Shown: in pieces, positions 1 through 14,216 of the stretch
Position numbering within the stretch: position 1 is the first letter of the stretch
Layout of the letters: each line of letters starts with the position of its first letter
Assembly (NCBI GenBank): GCA_028534125.1
Contig: CM052817.1
Location: 14,758,001 to 14,822,000 of the forward strand
Direction: 5' to 3'
From: Lama glama
Taxonomy: Eukaryota
Length of the DNA: 64,000 nucleotides
Program-made: the position numbers and the translations under genes
Notes under the pieces: model-generated
What the model saw: only the letters and a program-made list of their open reading frames with translations
Databases searched by the model: none
Told to the model about the DNA's origin: nothing

Positions 1-802
1 GACTTACAGAAATAAATTCATAAAGTAAATTTAGTAACCTTATAGTTACAAAATTTAAGAGCTCTAAACTGAAGCTCATTTATTCAGAAAAGGGCTCTAT
101 TGTATTTTCAAAGCTTTACTGTTGTGTTCTATGGCATTTATTGTCTCCTTAGGCAATAAATTGCTTGAAGTGTACAATCTGGTAAGTTTTGACACTGTAT
201 ACACTTGTGAAATTATCACCACAGTAAAAATAATGTAACAATTAGAATCTTCTCACTGGGACTTAAATGTCTTCAGTGCAAAAAGCATATAAAAAATCTC
301 TCCTAACAACCTTACCCCCTAAGAAAGGAACTCTGCTTCCCGTAACAGCAGAACAACTCCTATCAAACCACCCTCCCTGCAGTTAACAATTAGGAGCTGT
401 GGACAAACTACAACATGACAACTATCCAAACACACAGAGAGTGATCCAAAGCAAGCAGGAACTAAAGAGGAGCTGACACTAAGAAGTGATTGGCACTGGG
501 GAGTAACCAGGGAATTTTTTTAATGGCTTTTGCCCAAGGGCAGGAACTATTCAAACAGAAACTCACAGTCTTACTGGTTGAAAAATCAGAGGACAGAGGT
601 AGAAAGGAACCTGGCTGGAAGCCTAAACTTCTGCATATAAAATTCACCCAGCTCTCTAACTGACCCCTGACCTACATGCAGACAGGGCAAACGCCAAGTA
701 GACTTCAGCTGCTGCCTACTACAGACAAGCCAGATCTAGTAGCTAACTGCTTGATGAAACAAAAATCACCTCTCCTGAGGAGACTATAACAGAATCCAGA
801 GT

Positions 803-988
803 TAGGGGTCAGTAAACTTTTTCTCCAGAAGGCAGCTAGTAAATATTTCAGCCTTTGCTGACCAAGAAGCACCACTGAGAACACCATGTAGGTATTTATA
901 TAACCATTTGAAATCTAACCATTTAAAACTGCAAAGAGAACATTTACAGGCCAGATCTGGCCTGTAAGCTGATCTTTGCCAACTTCTC
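803..988. mobile_element. hAT-Charlie MITE (MER58-like)
   Basis: aggggtcagtaaacttttt...gtaaatatttcagc...ccagatctggcc...tttgccaac. Confidence 0.7.
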
Positions 989-989
989 T

Positions 990-1255
990 ACAGCAAGTCA
1001 TTCACAATATCTAGGATACAGTCCAACATTAGCAGATATAGAAACAATATTTTTCTATATAGGAAAATATAAACCATACTCATAAGAAAATGATCAGGGT
1101 GATTGATCCCACAATCCCCCAGATACTGGAATAAGCAGGCAAGGATTTAAGGAGTACCTATTATAAATGTTCAAAGACATAAATGAAAACATGCTTATAA
1201 TAAACAGATACGAAATCTCGAAAGAGAAAGAGAAATTATAAAACAGAATATTCAA
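990..1255 (+). mobile_element. Old L1M 5'/ORF1 remnant
   Basis: tcacaatatctaggatacagtcc...cagatactggaataagcaggcaaggattt...ctattataaatgttcaaagac. Confidence 0.5.
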
Positions 1256-2081
1256 CCCCCCCAATTTCCAGGAACAAGTCTTAACTCAGAGGACTTTTCA
1301 TTTCTTGGTAAATGTTTCCGTGCTGCTTTTGTGAGTCTGCTCTACTACCTCCCCAAGGTGCCCCAGCAGAGCTGGGAAACCACAGGTTTATTCTTAAATA
1401 TTCCAGCTGAGGTGTATCTTTGAGAACTTGGTAAGAAGGAAAGAGAGAGACAGCCAGAGAAAGGTATGGAGACATACACAGAGGCAGAGAGAAGGAAAGA
1501 GAGAATTCAATGCCTATAAATTAAAATTTTACCAAAATTAAATATGGTGAATGACAACATCATATATGTGTGTATTAATCCTGTTCTCTGTACTTTAAGT
1601 TCATTTGAATTAACCATTTTGGTGCTCACACCAATCACGAAGTTGACAAACAGGTACTACTATATTCTTTTATACCAGTGGTGTGAATAAAGGAAGTAGC
1701 TTAAATTGTAACATTAATCACAAAACAGTGAAAATCAGGTGATTTTCCAAAAGTGAAATTCTGAGCTTATTAAGCAGCAGGAAGTTGTTAGAAATTAAGT
1801 CTGGCGCTAAACGTTTATGTTTTTTCCTCCTAAATCTTTAAACAAAGTCTCCAGTTGTTAACAGTGTTTCCCTCTTATCCTGTGGTTTTTTCCTTACAAA
1901 ACTGGATATAAAAGAGCTATTTAATTTTAGAAAATAAGTAACACTCAGGAAAAGGAATGTAAGATGTCTGTTTTTTAAATGCAAGAAGATAAAATATTAA
2001 TTCAAACTGCAGCTAAATATTACAATTCTGGGATGATAAATAAAATCCACAGAGACAATTCCTCATCTAAAAAAGATTTAC

Positions 2082-2295
2082 CTTGCAATCAATGAGCAGT
2101 TGTGAATCATGTTCTTTTCAACAAAGATACCTTGAGATTCATCAGTTTCAACTATTCGCCCATCCTGATACCATAGCACTTGCATGTCTTGATCAATATA
2201 TGAAGCCATGCACTGGAAAGGAAGGCTGTCTCCTTCAAACACAACTTGACGATGAGATGGAGTCATATAGAAAGATGGTAATTCAAGGGGAGGAT
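2082..2295 (-). CDS. ADGRA3: ADGRA3 coding exon 7 (Ig-like domain, first part)
   Basis: 214 nt, ctctag|AT...AG|gtaaat; encodes (D)PPLELPSFYMTPSHRQVVFEGDSLPFQCMASYIDQDMQVLWYQDGRIVETDESQGIFVEKNMIHNCSLIA(S). Later exons lie outside the window. Confidence 0.97.
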
Positions 2296-2849
2296 CTAGA
2301 GGCAGTAAAACAAAGACTCGGTCAACAAACATAATACTATATTCACACTCTAGAATTAAAAGTTACAAGAATTCTAATTACAATTTTTTAAATGGAAAAA
2401 CAAATTCCTCAGTCACCAGCATTACCAGCATCTACAAAACTGTTACTGAACTAAGTGGGTCCAAGATGAAAACAAAATTGAGTAAAACTAAAACGAAACC
2501 ATTTCATATCATTTCTGACACTCAGCTGGCCCCTTCTGGTGGTGTCATAAGACTATCAGATGATCACAGAAGCAACACTTGAAGAACAAATTGTAAAATG
2601 ATACTTACATCTGGGGAAAGCAACTGGTGATATGTAATTGCTGAACTATTTACAACTTTAAATTACATTTTGGAGACTTTTTTTTATTCCAGCTGACTTA
2701 ACTGTTGGCAGCACTAAATATTATCAACTCCATGAAGACGGACAGTTGTCACTGGTGTCAGTGTATAGAGAATTCTAAAGGTGGTCAGGAGAAACACGGC
2801 AGCAAAGTAAACACAGTTAACGCTTTCTCGGTTTTTCCTTCTCCCTTAC

Positions 2850-3010
2850 CGCATGTCAGCAACTCCTGCTTCACACCTGTGACCGGTTGGGCCTGAAGAG
2901 ACTTAGGGTAAACACACCGTGTGTCCCGCACTGTGATGTTTCTCTCCTTCACCCAGCGATGCATCCACAGTATGTTACAATCACACAACAGATACTCAGT
3001 CTGAAACTCT
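2850..3010 (-). CDS. ADGRA3: ADGRA3 coding exon 6 (LRR C-terminal cysteine cap)
   Basis: 161 nt, ctgcag|A...G|gtaagg; encodes EFQTEYLLCDCNILWMHRWVKERNITVRDTRCVYPKSLQAQPVTGVKQELLTC, with the CxC...C...C LRRCT pattern. Confidence 0.97.
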
Positions 3011-5339
3011 CTGCAGCATACAAAATACAACGTAGAGGTTATGGTGAATGAAGTAACCAGCATTTTCACCTTACACTGGTTTTCCCTTTGTGGGGCAAGC
3101 GTACTGCTGCTCACCCTCACCATGCTAGGGCACGTCCTGCACCATCAGCTGGTTACGTCTCCTTTGCAATGAGATGATGTGGCATGTCTGACTCCAGGAC
3201 TCTTCCCCATTGATCCTGGGACTGACTCTGCTTTCAATCAAAGTTGGTATGTGAACAAATCTGTTTATCATCCCTCTTCTATGCCACAAACTCCTGATGC
3301 CCAGGGTACGGGAAAACCAAATCTCCACCTTTTTGTCTGTCAAAGGTCTACCTATTCATCATAAAGTCCGTGGCACTAACAGTGGATCCTGAAACCTTCC
3401 CAATTTTTCCAGCCTTACTGCCATGTTCTTGGCTTAAATGCCTGCAAGCTCTATTAACTGTGGCAACATAAGGAAACGTATGACTGTTTCGCATGGTTAT
3501 AGTCTGTCTGTCTGAGTAGAGGATAAATTCCTTAGGGTGGGGACTATTTCTGACACTTCTACTATGCAACACGGGATAACCATAAATGTTAACTAACTTA
3601 AGGGACACAGACTCAATCAAAATATAAACATAAGAATACCTTACACTTGATATGAAAGAAAATAGAGAATTATCTTTACATGAGGCAGGAGGTTTTAAGA
3701 TGTGGCATTCAGATGTAAGAAACAGCAAGGATACATACAATTTCTTGAATACTTGTTTTACGAAGCACTAGCTATTCATGTGCCATGTCACCCTAAATCC
3801 AGCTAATACAAATAAATGCAGACGCTGTTCTCTGTCAACCTGGAGGCCATTACGTAATAGGAGGAACAAAATGTAAATACAACCAAAATAGAATGCAATG
3901 CATTCTATATAAATAAATAAACCAAGTGCAAAGAGTATATATAACCACGTGTGCTTCTGACACAAACTGTGCTTCATCTAACGCAGGCTCCATCTCATCA
4001 GCTTGGGCAAGAAAGGTCAAGTGGGGATCCCAGTGGGACACAACAAGGAGAAAGTAAATTTCAAAACCAGTACCAGGAGGATGACTGATTGACTCCTCGT
4101 CCCTAAGCAACAGCTTCTGGTCAGTTTCCAGCACTATCCATCATAAACACTAGCAATTTTGCCCAATTTGGGGATGAAAATAGTTCCTATGTTCCTGCTA
4201 CCCAAAGTCTCAAAAGCCAGATAATTTCTTACAGTTTTAACCTCCTAAACTTCACAGAAACGGCTGACTTGAGCCCACTAAATATGCCAAAGGGAGACGT
4301 TTTCACTAAAAAGCAGCCTTCTGGATAACAGTGGTAGATGCACCAAAAAGACCAGAAAGAGTCTGATGCAGTGTGACTCTCAACGTGTGTATATTGTATC
4401 TGCCACGATGGTGAGGAGCCAGACGAACGCCTAACCTATCAACTACATCCCAGTGAGAACTGCTCAAGGAGACTGAAATGATCGGTTTAGAAAAGGAAAA
4501 GTGAGGAGGCAGGGAGGGAAGGGGAAAATGAAAGGGGAGGGGAAGGGAGGAGAGGAAAGAAGTCAGCATACATCAAACAGAGGCATCTGGCAGAGAAGAC
4601 ATTTTTCACTGGAAAAGGAGACTCAAGCCCTTAAGTTATACTCAATAAAAATTTGAAAAACATTATCCTTAACTGTAATTCCAATAGGAATTAGTGTAAC
4701 TTATACTCAGAAATAGATGAAAGTTTACCTGAGAATACAGTTACCTTCAAAAGGAACTCCTATACAATCTCTTACATAACAAAACCGTGTTTTGAGGTCG
4801 GGTTAGGGGTGGGGAGCATATTAGCCAATTCTAAAGCTAAAGAGAACTGTGTAAATACGACCTTACACTGACTTCATAAAGCAGGCATTCTACATTGGCA
4901 TGCCTAGAAATGTCAGTAATAAGTTGTGAATTCAGTTTGGGGAAGGGGTTGCAGGATTAAAATTAAATACCTAAAGCATAACATAGTCTTAACTATAAAT
5001 TCTTCACAAGGAGAATGCTTTGGTGATTTAATTAGGCAAACAAAATATTTTCTAACTTGTAAACACAGTCGAAGAGAAAGAATTTCCTATTGATTTACTC
5101 TAAATAAAAATCAAGGAGAGACAGTATTCTAAGGAGAAAACGGTAGTCCCAGCCTGAGAAGCATCATTAAGGGTTACAGTATGTTTCTCAGTGTGCATGC
5201 AAGCTCTCCAGGGAGATACTAATTTTTGCAGAATCACAAGATTTTCCCCATGAGGTCTCTTAAGCCACATAATAACTGTTTTTAATTTTCAAAAACTAAG
5301 ATATATTTATCAAAACAAGAGGAAAAAAATCTTACTTAC

Positions 5340-5411
5340 AAAGACCGTAATGAACCAAGATAATCAAAAGTTCCTTGAGATAATGAAGAAAACAAATTCC
5401 CCGAAAGGTTT
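5340..5411 (-). CDS. ADGRA3: ADGRA3 coding exon 5 (LRR)
   Basis: 72 nt, ttccag|A...TT|gtaagt; encodes NLSGNLFSSLSQGTFDYLGSLRS(L). Confidence 0.97.
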
Positions 5412-5762
5412 CTGGAAAAAAAGGAAATCATTTCACTTTAAGAGATACTAACAATTATATATCATTTTATGCTTTTTCTTATATCCTAAAATGTCCTACC
5501 ATTAAACATTGTTATAAAAAATTTATGTAAGTTGTTTGAAATCTTATGAAGAGAAACAACCAGTAAATATTTTCTCCAGAGTTGAAGGAAACTGTTCTTA
5601 ACCTTATTTAAAGCAGTAAACAAAATTATCTAAAGTTGCTGCCAGGTAAGGATTTTTCTATAAAGTATCATGTGAAACTCAAAGTTACCTTCCTGAACTC
5701 GATCTTTAGTCATGCTGTGATTGCAACTAGAATTACCCTACATGTGTTCACTGTATCATTTA

Positions 5763-5828
5763 TTTTTAATTTTTTAACCTTTTTTATTGAGTAACAGTCA
5801 TTTTACAATGTTGTGTCAAATTCCAGTG
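5763..5828 (-). mobile_element. Very short L1 3'-terminal insertion
   Basis: Reverse complement of the 13085-13140 L1 tail; degenerate TSD TCACTGTATCATTTA / TCACTCCATCATTTA. Confidence 0.75.
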
Positions 5829-8800
5829 TCACTCCATCATTTAAGAAAGCAAAAACTAAAAAACAAGGAAAAGGATGGTCTGAATGACCAGCAGCACCCA
5901 ACAGTAACCCGATAAGATATGTAGGCAGTGAAATGAGTTCAGCATTTAAAATCAAAGACTTGGGATATAATTTAGCATTGGCCTTGGGCAAATTACCTAC
6001 CTTCTCTCATTTCCCCTTGTATCACGGCTTTAATCAGTATCTAAACCCATGCAGAGTTTTGTATGAGTCAAACCCTGAACACTACACTACCATTTGAGTA
6101 GTCGGTCACACCCACTGTGATATGATCAAATCATTTTTTGTGATTTTCTTCCATGCCTGACTATAAGCTCCAGGAGGAGAGGCACTTGTGTGTCTTTTTA
6201 CTGGGGTACCTCTGGTAGCTAATAACAAGCTGGGGTGTACAGTAGGTGCTCAACCACTGTAGCTGATTATTCAGGATGTGGACTCCACCTTTATAGCTTC
6301 TCACACTAAAACAGGGCCAAGGGCTCCCGGAAGATGGCAGCATGATCAGAGCACCACTGTGTCTGTTGTAGGATCAAAAATAGGTATCATTTGGACCTAG
6401 AATTCTCAAGGAAGAAGTCCTGAGACCTGCAAGGAGGCCTGCCTCTCCTCCAGAGCTGGAGCAAAATCCTTCAAAGTGCAGAAGAAAGCGACAGGCAGGT
6501 GGATGGACTCCCCGGTGCAGAGAGGAGGAGAACTGATCTGGGAGAGGTCAGTCAGCTGTTCCTCTGACACCTGGAGCAACATATTCCTTGGTGGGAAGAC
6601 TTACTACACAAATACCAACTCCTCACAAATTAATATATAATGAACTTCAGAAAGGACATCTCTGGATTCATTTTTATCTGTCTTGGGATTTTTTTTTTGA
6701 TAGAGTGCAAAAAGGGTGCAAAAAATAATTATGAACTTCATGAAAGAATTGCCTAGGAACTTAATAAACAAAAGGAACACTCTGCAAATTAAAACAACCA
6801 TGAAAGCAATGCCCTTTTCTTTTTTGGCCTATCAGAATGAAACCTGAATGTGGATTTTGAAAAGGGTACTGCTGATGGAGTGTAAACCATAGTAACACTG
6901 TAAGAAAGTAACTGAGACACAATTAAAATGAACAACCATACTTGTAAGAAGCTATCCTATGTGGAATTATATGATTACCGGGATTTGTTTAAAATAATGT
7001 AGGCAGGAAGACAAGAGATGTGGGGTATAACTAAAACAAGACCAGCTATGACTGCTAAGTGTTGAAACTAAGTGATGGCTACATGGAGATTCCTTAAATA
7101 CACTTATCTCTAACTTATTTTTTAGATGTTTGAAAGAGTCCGTAAATAGTAAGTTGTAAATAAAAATCTATCCTACATATTTAGGATTATATAAACAAAA
7201 TAACTGCATCTTACAAGGACCATTCGATTCTAATTATTAGGTAACTTTATTTTCATTATTAGGCATTATTATTTTCTTCCCCTTGGAAATCACAGAAGAA
7301 ATCACACTGGAGACAGACGTGCCTTCCTCCCCGTAAGTCCCAACACAGGCCAACTTCTCTTCCAGTGCTGGAACACATTGCTACTTGTTTGGCTGAATAC
7401 CAAACGAAGTAATTGGCTTCGGCTGATGGCCATAAAAACTTACACATATTTTAAAACATTAAAATCACATTCCAGTTTTGAGATGCTTACACAGAAAAAG
7501 CACAGAGGAACTGAGCGTGACTACAGACACAGCCAAGTCCCTGCTCTCATGTCCTGACACGGTTCACTGAATGCCCTGGCTGGTGAATCAGCCACCCACT
7601 CCCACTCGTGGTGTTTCTTACTCTCTCAGTTTCTCTTCCTTTACTTGCTTTTTGCTAAACAGACATATCTGTATTCCTGTGAGTTAAATGTGCGCTGTGA
7701 AGCATCTGTGTACACAAGGGGTGTTTTCCAGGGCAAATGTGTTAAAAGAGGGGAAATGAATCAAACTATCTCCTTCAAGAGAGTGAATAATTGACTCAAT
7801 TATGACCTGTTCTAGACTTTGAATACTCTGTAGCTATTTACAAGCATGAACTAAATCGTTATGTATTCTCTTGAAAAGATATTAATGGCATGTCGGTATT
7901 TTTTAAGTAAATTGTTGAGTAGAGCACATTTTTAAAGCCCCGAGTGGATGCCTATACGTTTGTGGAGGTAATAGAACATCTGAGAATTTACACCAGGCAG
8001 AATTAGTACCTGCTGTCTCAGAAGGATGTGTCTGAAGTGATGAAAGGGAGATTTAGCTTTCCCTTCATCTCTCTATATGGTTTTATTACTTAATAGCACA
8101 AATAGTTTTTAATTGTAAAAAGGAGGTTCTTATAAACATCACTCAACTATTATTTCTGATAGAAAAATATTAAAGGTATTATTCCTAGAGGAAAAATACA
8201 GGGTTATAACTGATCAAAATTCATAAAGGAAAAAAAAGGGAAAGCTTTGGTTTCTTGACCTCCTGACAGTTTCTGGGTAAATTAACGTCCTAAGTGTAGG
8301 ACAGAGACTTCACTGAAGCCCACGACTGGTCCTCATCTCTGCTTCACCAGTTACTTCTGGAGTTAGGGTGGTTTGGGGTGGGGGCCTCTGGAAGTACGGC
8401 TTCACTTCGCAGAACTTTCCCATCAGTAAAGGCAGAGATCAATACACGGCGTTAATCAATTTTACCCACCACACGCTGCCTCCTCTGACATATTTTTAAT
8501 GTTATTTTTGAATTCCGACACTAAGCCTCCAAAGCCAAGACTTGTTTCAAGATGATGAGAAGTCTGGTTGCAAATGCGACAGGTTGTCTGCAAGGTGCAG
8601 GTCCAGGGTGGGGGCAGGGAGGTGGGGAGCCTCAATTCTAGCCTCTGTGGCTAAAAGACCAAGTCAGTCCAAGATCCCAAGTTCCAGGGTAAGTCAGGGA
8701 GTTCAGCTAAAGAGCTAGCAGAGGAAGGAGCTATCTCCTCTAAACACACACTATTTGGGGTGGGAATTAGAATTGGGAGCTCTCTGAGTTCTAATCTAAG

Positions 8801-10525
8801 AAACGTACTGCATGTCCCACTACTAGTCAGATTCCCTTTTTCACTCGTTAGATTGTGAAAATGCTCTTCTCTGTGTCTGAAACACAAATGGCTACCAGTC
8901 TTCAGAATCAGCATACAGCCTGGCTCAGGGAGCCCAGAGATCTGGGGACTGCAGAAGCCCACACAGAACACATACCCAAAGTTTCCTGAGCCACAGCTCC
9001 AGAACTATGTCAACCCAAATTATCAAAAGCAACTCAACTGCAGTGCATTCCTGAATGTTAAGAGGCTACCTTAACTGTCAACGTTTCTTAGACCAGTATT
9101 TAAAGAATACATATACGTCAGGTATAGTTCTGTATACGTCATAGACTGTTGCATTAAAAGAGTCACAATCGTCTATTATTACATGGGTTACGAAACCATC
9201 TCAATCAAATCTCAAAGCAGGAAACCTGGTAGTGCTCTTTGTGTTTTCATGATTCACCTGGATATATATCCATTGTGTTCCATGACCTGTAAAGTCTCAC
9301 AACAGGTATCAGAGAATTGGTAAAAACATAGGAGGAGACAATTCAAGCTCTAAAACTTCCAAAAATGTTAGCTTTAGAGGCAGGAGGCAAAAAAAAAAAA
9401 AAAAAAAAAAAACCTTAAGAAAATAGTAACTTGCCTTATTGTATGCACTGGCCCACACAACTCTTTTCCTAAAGAACACCTGCTATTGGGTCAAAAATCC
9501 CTAGGCCAAAGCTATAAATCCACTGGAACTAAAGTCAGGAAAATGGTAGACTCCAGGCTCTATTTTTCTTTACTAGATTCACAGCTATCCAAAAATGTAA
9601 CAATTTTTTTCCTTCACAAATGCCCCATTTTGCCAATTCTTATGCATCCCTCAAAACCAAAAATACAGAAGTCTCAATAAAAGCGCTGAAATAAAATTGT
9701 TAGTAATCCAGTTATAAAAAAGAAAAACACAACTGATTTTAATTAATTTCCAGTTATGAGTAAAGCTATATACCAAGTCAATCTTTTGTTTAAAAACATA
9801 AACGTGGCCATCTATCTTTCCCCCCAAGTTAAAGGGCACACTGAAAAATACAAGTGCGCTAAGAAGCAGGAGTACTTTGCCCTATTCTGCCAGGTAATTT
9901 GGAGACCCTCTCTTCCTGTACAGAGGAAATAATCTCACAATTTAAGCCCCTGTAGCTTTTTCAAAGTTAACTTGAACGAAACAGAAGAAACATTCTAAAA
10001 AGCTACAAAGATAAAGAACCAGGCATAGATGATCTCTATACTAGACCTTCTGCCCCTAAATCCTGCATTTCATCCTGCATCCTATTTCCAAATTGCTCTC
10101 CTCTACGTGAGTCAAAAACGGTCATCTTACTCATAAGACTCCCGGCTTTCCCCTTGAAACTGGCCTCGCTCTTATGTCTACCTCCATGCATCATCTGCTC
10201 AACTTCTCTTCCTTTCTAATGACCTAAATCTTTGCAATCTTCCAGACCATCAGCTCAAGTATCACCTCTTCCAAGATATTTTCCCAAACTGGCAAAGCTT
10301 CTGATCATGTCTCCCAATATGGACATGAGCACACATGAGTTTTGGGTGGGGGATGTAATGCAACATTATGTTCTCATGACACTGTATCTCCATGCTTAAA
10401 TTTCCAGCTCCTTATCCCCTACCACTTCTATCAACTCTACAGTTGCTACCTAAATATTGAACACATAGGTTCATAGGATACTCGTCCAAATGCTTCCTTA
10501 TAATATGAAAGAAAGAGGTACTTAC

Positions 10526-10597
10526 AGCCTAACCAGATTGGTGAGTCCTCGGAATATGTCTGCATTCAGACACCCTATTCGATTGTTTGTCAGATCC
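10526..10597 (-). CDS. ADGRA3: ADGRA3 coding exon 4 (LRR)
   Basis: 72 nt, cttag|G...CT|gtaagt; encodes DLTNNRIGCLNADIFRGLTNLVR(L). Confidence 0.97.
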
Positions 10598-12892
10598 CTA
10601 AGAAGAAAGGGAAAAGTACCTTCAATTAGTGGTCTTCATTGACGAAGCTTTCATATGTTCAACATTCAAGAATGGCACCCAGGTATCATACAAGACCCTT
10701 TTTTTTAAGCATCTCTGAAATATTCACCTACTTCAAGTGCATCACTGAGAGAAGAAATAATCCTTGCTTTCACTTACCTCTGGCTTATACAGACTAAATG
10801 CTGTTTAATTACAGGGCCCTCTATATTGCAAGCATTTACTCCTGTAAAGTGACTCAACATAAAACCAGAGTAGTAAAACCAAGACTCCATCTATCTTACT
10901 GTTTGTGATAAAATTCCTTAGATGGTCTACACAGTTAGTCACGCTGGGGAAGTCAGCAAACAGATCCTGATCTCAGCCAACATCCAACAGACAATGGGTA
11001 AAAGGGCAAGTTACCAAAATGCTGCAACTTTTATTTCCTCAAGAACATCTGAAACTTAATGCTTCCTAACTTCATTCCTTAAATACTCAGAAGTTTTGAC
11101 TGTAATGAAAAAACAACTGAGTTAGCTTTTACTTTACAGATCTGTCATCTAGTCTCCAAGCCAAATTTCTTTATAACAATATCTAGGTAATGGCCCATTT
11201 CTCCCAGTCACTCCTAACTTCTTATAATTCCTAAGAAAATTTTCCTTCTCCTCAATTCATGCAACTTTTCCCCTTTTATCTATGTGATAAGTTCAGTAGG
11301 TATTTTGTTCTATCTTTCTACACTATTTTTCACTGGCACAGTGGGGGGAGGGCTTCACTTCAGAAACAGGGGCTGGGGGCTTGTTCCTCCCTGGGCACCA
11401 AGGTTGAAGGTCTGTGTCTGAACCCATGCCAACACACACTATTTTTCTTCACACCAAGCACAGTGTTACATTTCCATCACGGGGATCACATTTTAATCGG
11501 GAGATAATTGACAATTTCTGTAACCTTCAAGTGGGAGAGCATGGCTTCCACCATTTTTCAAGAGTGGATTTGGTAAACTATACGGAAGAAAGCCCTAAAA
11601 CAATGAATCTTAATTTTTCTCAGTTGTTAGATTTGCGATTATCGATCACTTTGAATTTCAACACAAGAATCAGAACAAGCTTTCTAAACCAAACTTTAAT
11701 ATTTTTATCACATTTTCTTTAATTTCCAAATTATTTTCTGTAATAGAGAAGCACATATTCTTTTTTTTTTAAACTTTAAAACAACACTATTCCAAACAGA
11801 ATTACCAAAAGCAGCATGTTAATTCTGAAACATTGAACAGATATCATTTAAACTCATACAGTTATAATAAACTCAAAACATCAAACAAAAACAGCTTTGT
11901 GAAGAAGCACATATTCTTGAATTTCACTCCGAGTCACTCTTTAGAGAACAGATTTGTACCATTCATTTCTAAAAAGACTGTCGGATTCTAAATTGTACAT
12001 TTGGTAATGGTAAAAAAAAAAGAAAAAATGTATTAGTCTGTTAGAAATTACCAAGAGTCCACATTTGAATCGGTACCTACTCACAAGTATTTCCTTGAGA
12101 TATTTCAAAAGCTAGTTTAGGTAATCCTGGTGTGCAAAAATTTCACAGCTTTGCCTTCCCTTTCTTACAGCGACTTTCGATTAAAAAAAAAAAATCTTAA
12201 GCTATACAAGTCTTTATCTGCACTCTCTGTGCTCCAGCACCAGCTCCTCAGAATATTAAAGCTAAGTATTTAATCGTGCAGGACTTTTTTTTCTATTCCA
12301 GTTGATTTTCCTTCTATTTCTGGGTTTTACTGTGTAAGAAAATTAGGCATCATCTTGTGAAGTGTTGCTTAAACAAGCATTTCTGGTCTCTATTCATTAT
12401 CTTGTCTCAATTCTGAGCTTTAAATGGTGTAATTACCATTGATTCTTTGGGAAACAATTTCATTACAGCTATACCTATTTAAAATGGTATTTAGGTATTG
12501 ATAATGGGTTTTCATTTGAATTGAGAATCAGCTCGAATTTGTTGATAAAGCAAAAGAGAAACTAAATGGGTCTAGGTTTTACCTACTTCTGGTACTTTAT
12601 TCTTCAGAAAGCCACTTAATCTTCCTGATTCAAATTATCTATAAAATAAAGGCAAAGGCATGGTATGCTCACAAAAACACTTTACGTGTGGCTGTTGAGT
12701 GAGATGAACAATTGAAACGAATGATTTAAGGCCTTGTAAGAAAAAGTGCCTGTATCCAGGAGCAATTAGCAAACATTACTCCCACAAAGTATCTTTATAT
12801 CTCACTGAGTTTACATACAGGACCCTCTCAGCTTGCAAGCATACTGTAAGTTCAATTACAAGTTAGCCGTTTGGAATTAAGAATGAATTTTC

Positions 12893-13201
12893 AGGGTTGG
12901 GGGGGAAGGGACAGACTGGGATTTCAAAATTTGTAGATACTGACAGGCATATGCAGAATAGATAAACAAGATTATACTGTATAGCACAGGGAAATATGTA
13001 CAAGATCTTATGGTAGCTCACAGTGAAAAAAAAATGTGACAATGAATATATGTATGTTCATGTAAAACTGAAAAATTGTGCTCTGCACTGGAATTTGACA
13101 CAACATTGTAAAATGACTATGACTCAATAAAAAATGTTAAAAATAAAAATTAAAAATTAAAAATAATTTTTAAAAAATCCATGTAAACCAAAAAATAAAA
13201 A
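12893..13201 (+). mobile_element. 5'-truncated LINE-1 3' end with TSD
   Basis: L1 3'UTR motifs (tatactgtatagcacagggaa, caataaaaaa), A-rich tail and perfect 14-bp TSD AAGAATGAATTTTC (12879-12892 and 13202-13215). Confidence 0.9.
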
Positions 13202-13346
13202 AAGAATGAATTTTCTAGTGGGAAGAACGTTATAAATGACAATTACCTTCCTCAGCAAGAACACACGAGACTGATGCAATGAAAAAAATGCCAAGGCAAC
13301 ATCTGGGACCATAGCAGTAATTACATTAAGTGCTACTGAACAAAAT

Positions 13347-13392
13347 ATTTATTTATTTATTTATTTATTTATTTATTATTTATTATTTATTT
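13347..13392. repeat. (TTTA)n microsatellite
   Basis: Directly visible tandem TTTA/TTA units. Confidence 0.9.
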
Positions 13393-14216
13393 TGGATAGT
13401 AGTACTTGAAAAATTATTTACTGAATGATAAAGAACTAGATGGAGAACCTAAGACAGTCTGCAGTGCCCCTGAGACATCCTGAATTTTTGTGTAGCTGAA
13501 TTGATGCTGATCTCTGTCTTCTCAGTTCGATTATGTTGCTACTACCTTTACTGAATCCTAAACCCAGCTTGATCCACTGCAACTCTGATGCCACAAGTTT
13601 GATCACATCAACTCCACACTGAAGAAGTTCGGCCAGTCCCCTCCTTGACTAAAGAACAGATTCGGAATTCTTCAAGGTGGCAGGAAGTGATCAAAAGCCT
13701 AGTTCCTCCCTGACCGGCCTTATCTCCCAAAATTCTTCTCCCACTTTCTACTGGACGCTCTGGCCAAAGACCTAAACTACTGTTCCAAGAGACCTGTTCT
13801 TTCATACCTACTCCACTCTGCTTAGAACGCTCTGTTATTCTTCAGTATGTATTCACCTCTCAGGAGCAAGGTCCAATCTAAAGACTGGTCGCTCTCACGG
13901 CAAGCCATCCCCTCCCAAGTGGCCCTTCCTCTCCTGGCGGATTCCTATCATTATTATTGGGTGCATTTTCACTATCTATTTGCCCCCAAGAGTCTGAGCT
14001 CTTCCAGAGAAGCCAGAGTATAGTAAGCAGCCAGCAATTAATAAATACATTTAGAAGGAGTAAAAGGTGGTGTCACAGTCCACATGGCCTGAGCACAGGG
14101 TTCCCTCTCACACAGGAGCATACCCTCACAGCACCAATGACAAGAGCACAGCAAGGGGAGCAGGGCTGTTTAGCTTCAGAGGTCATAAAAACTGGGCTTT
14201 TAAGTTTTGAAATAAT

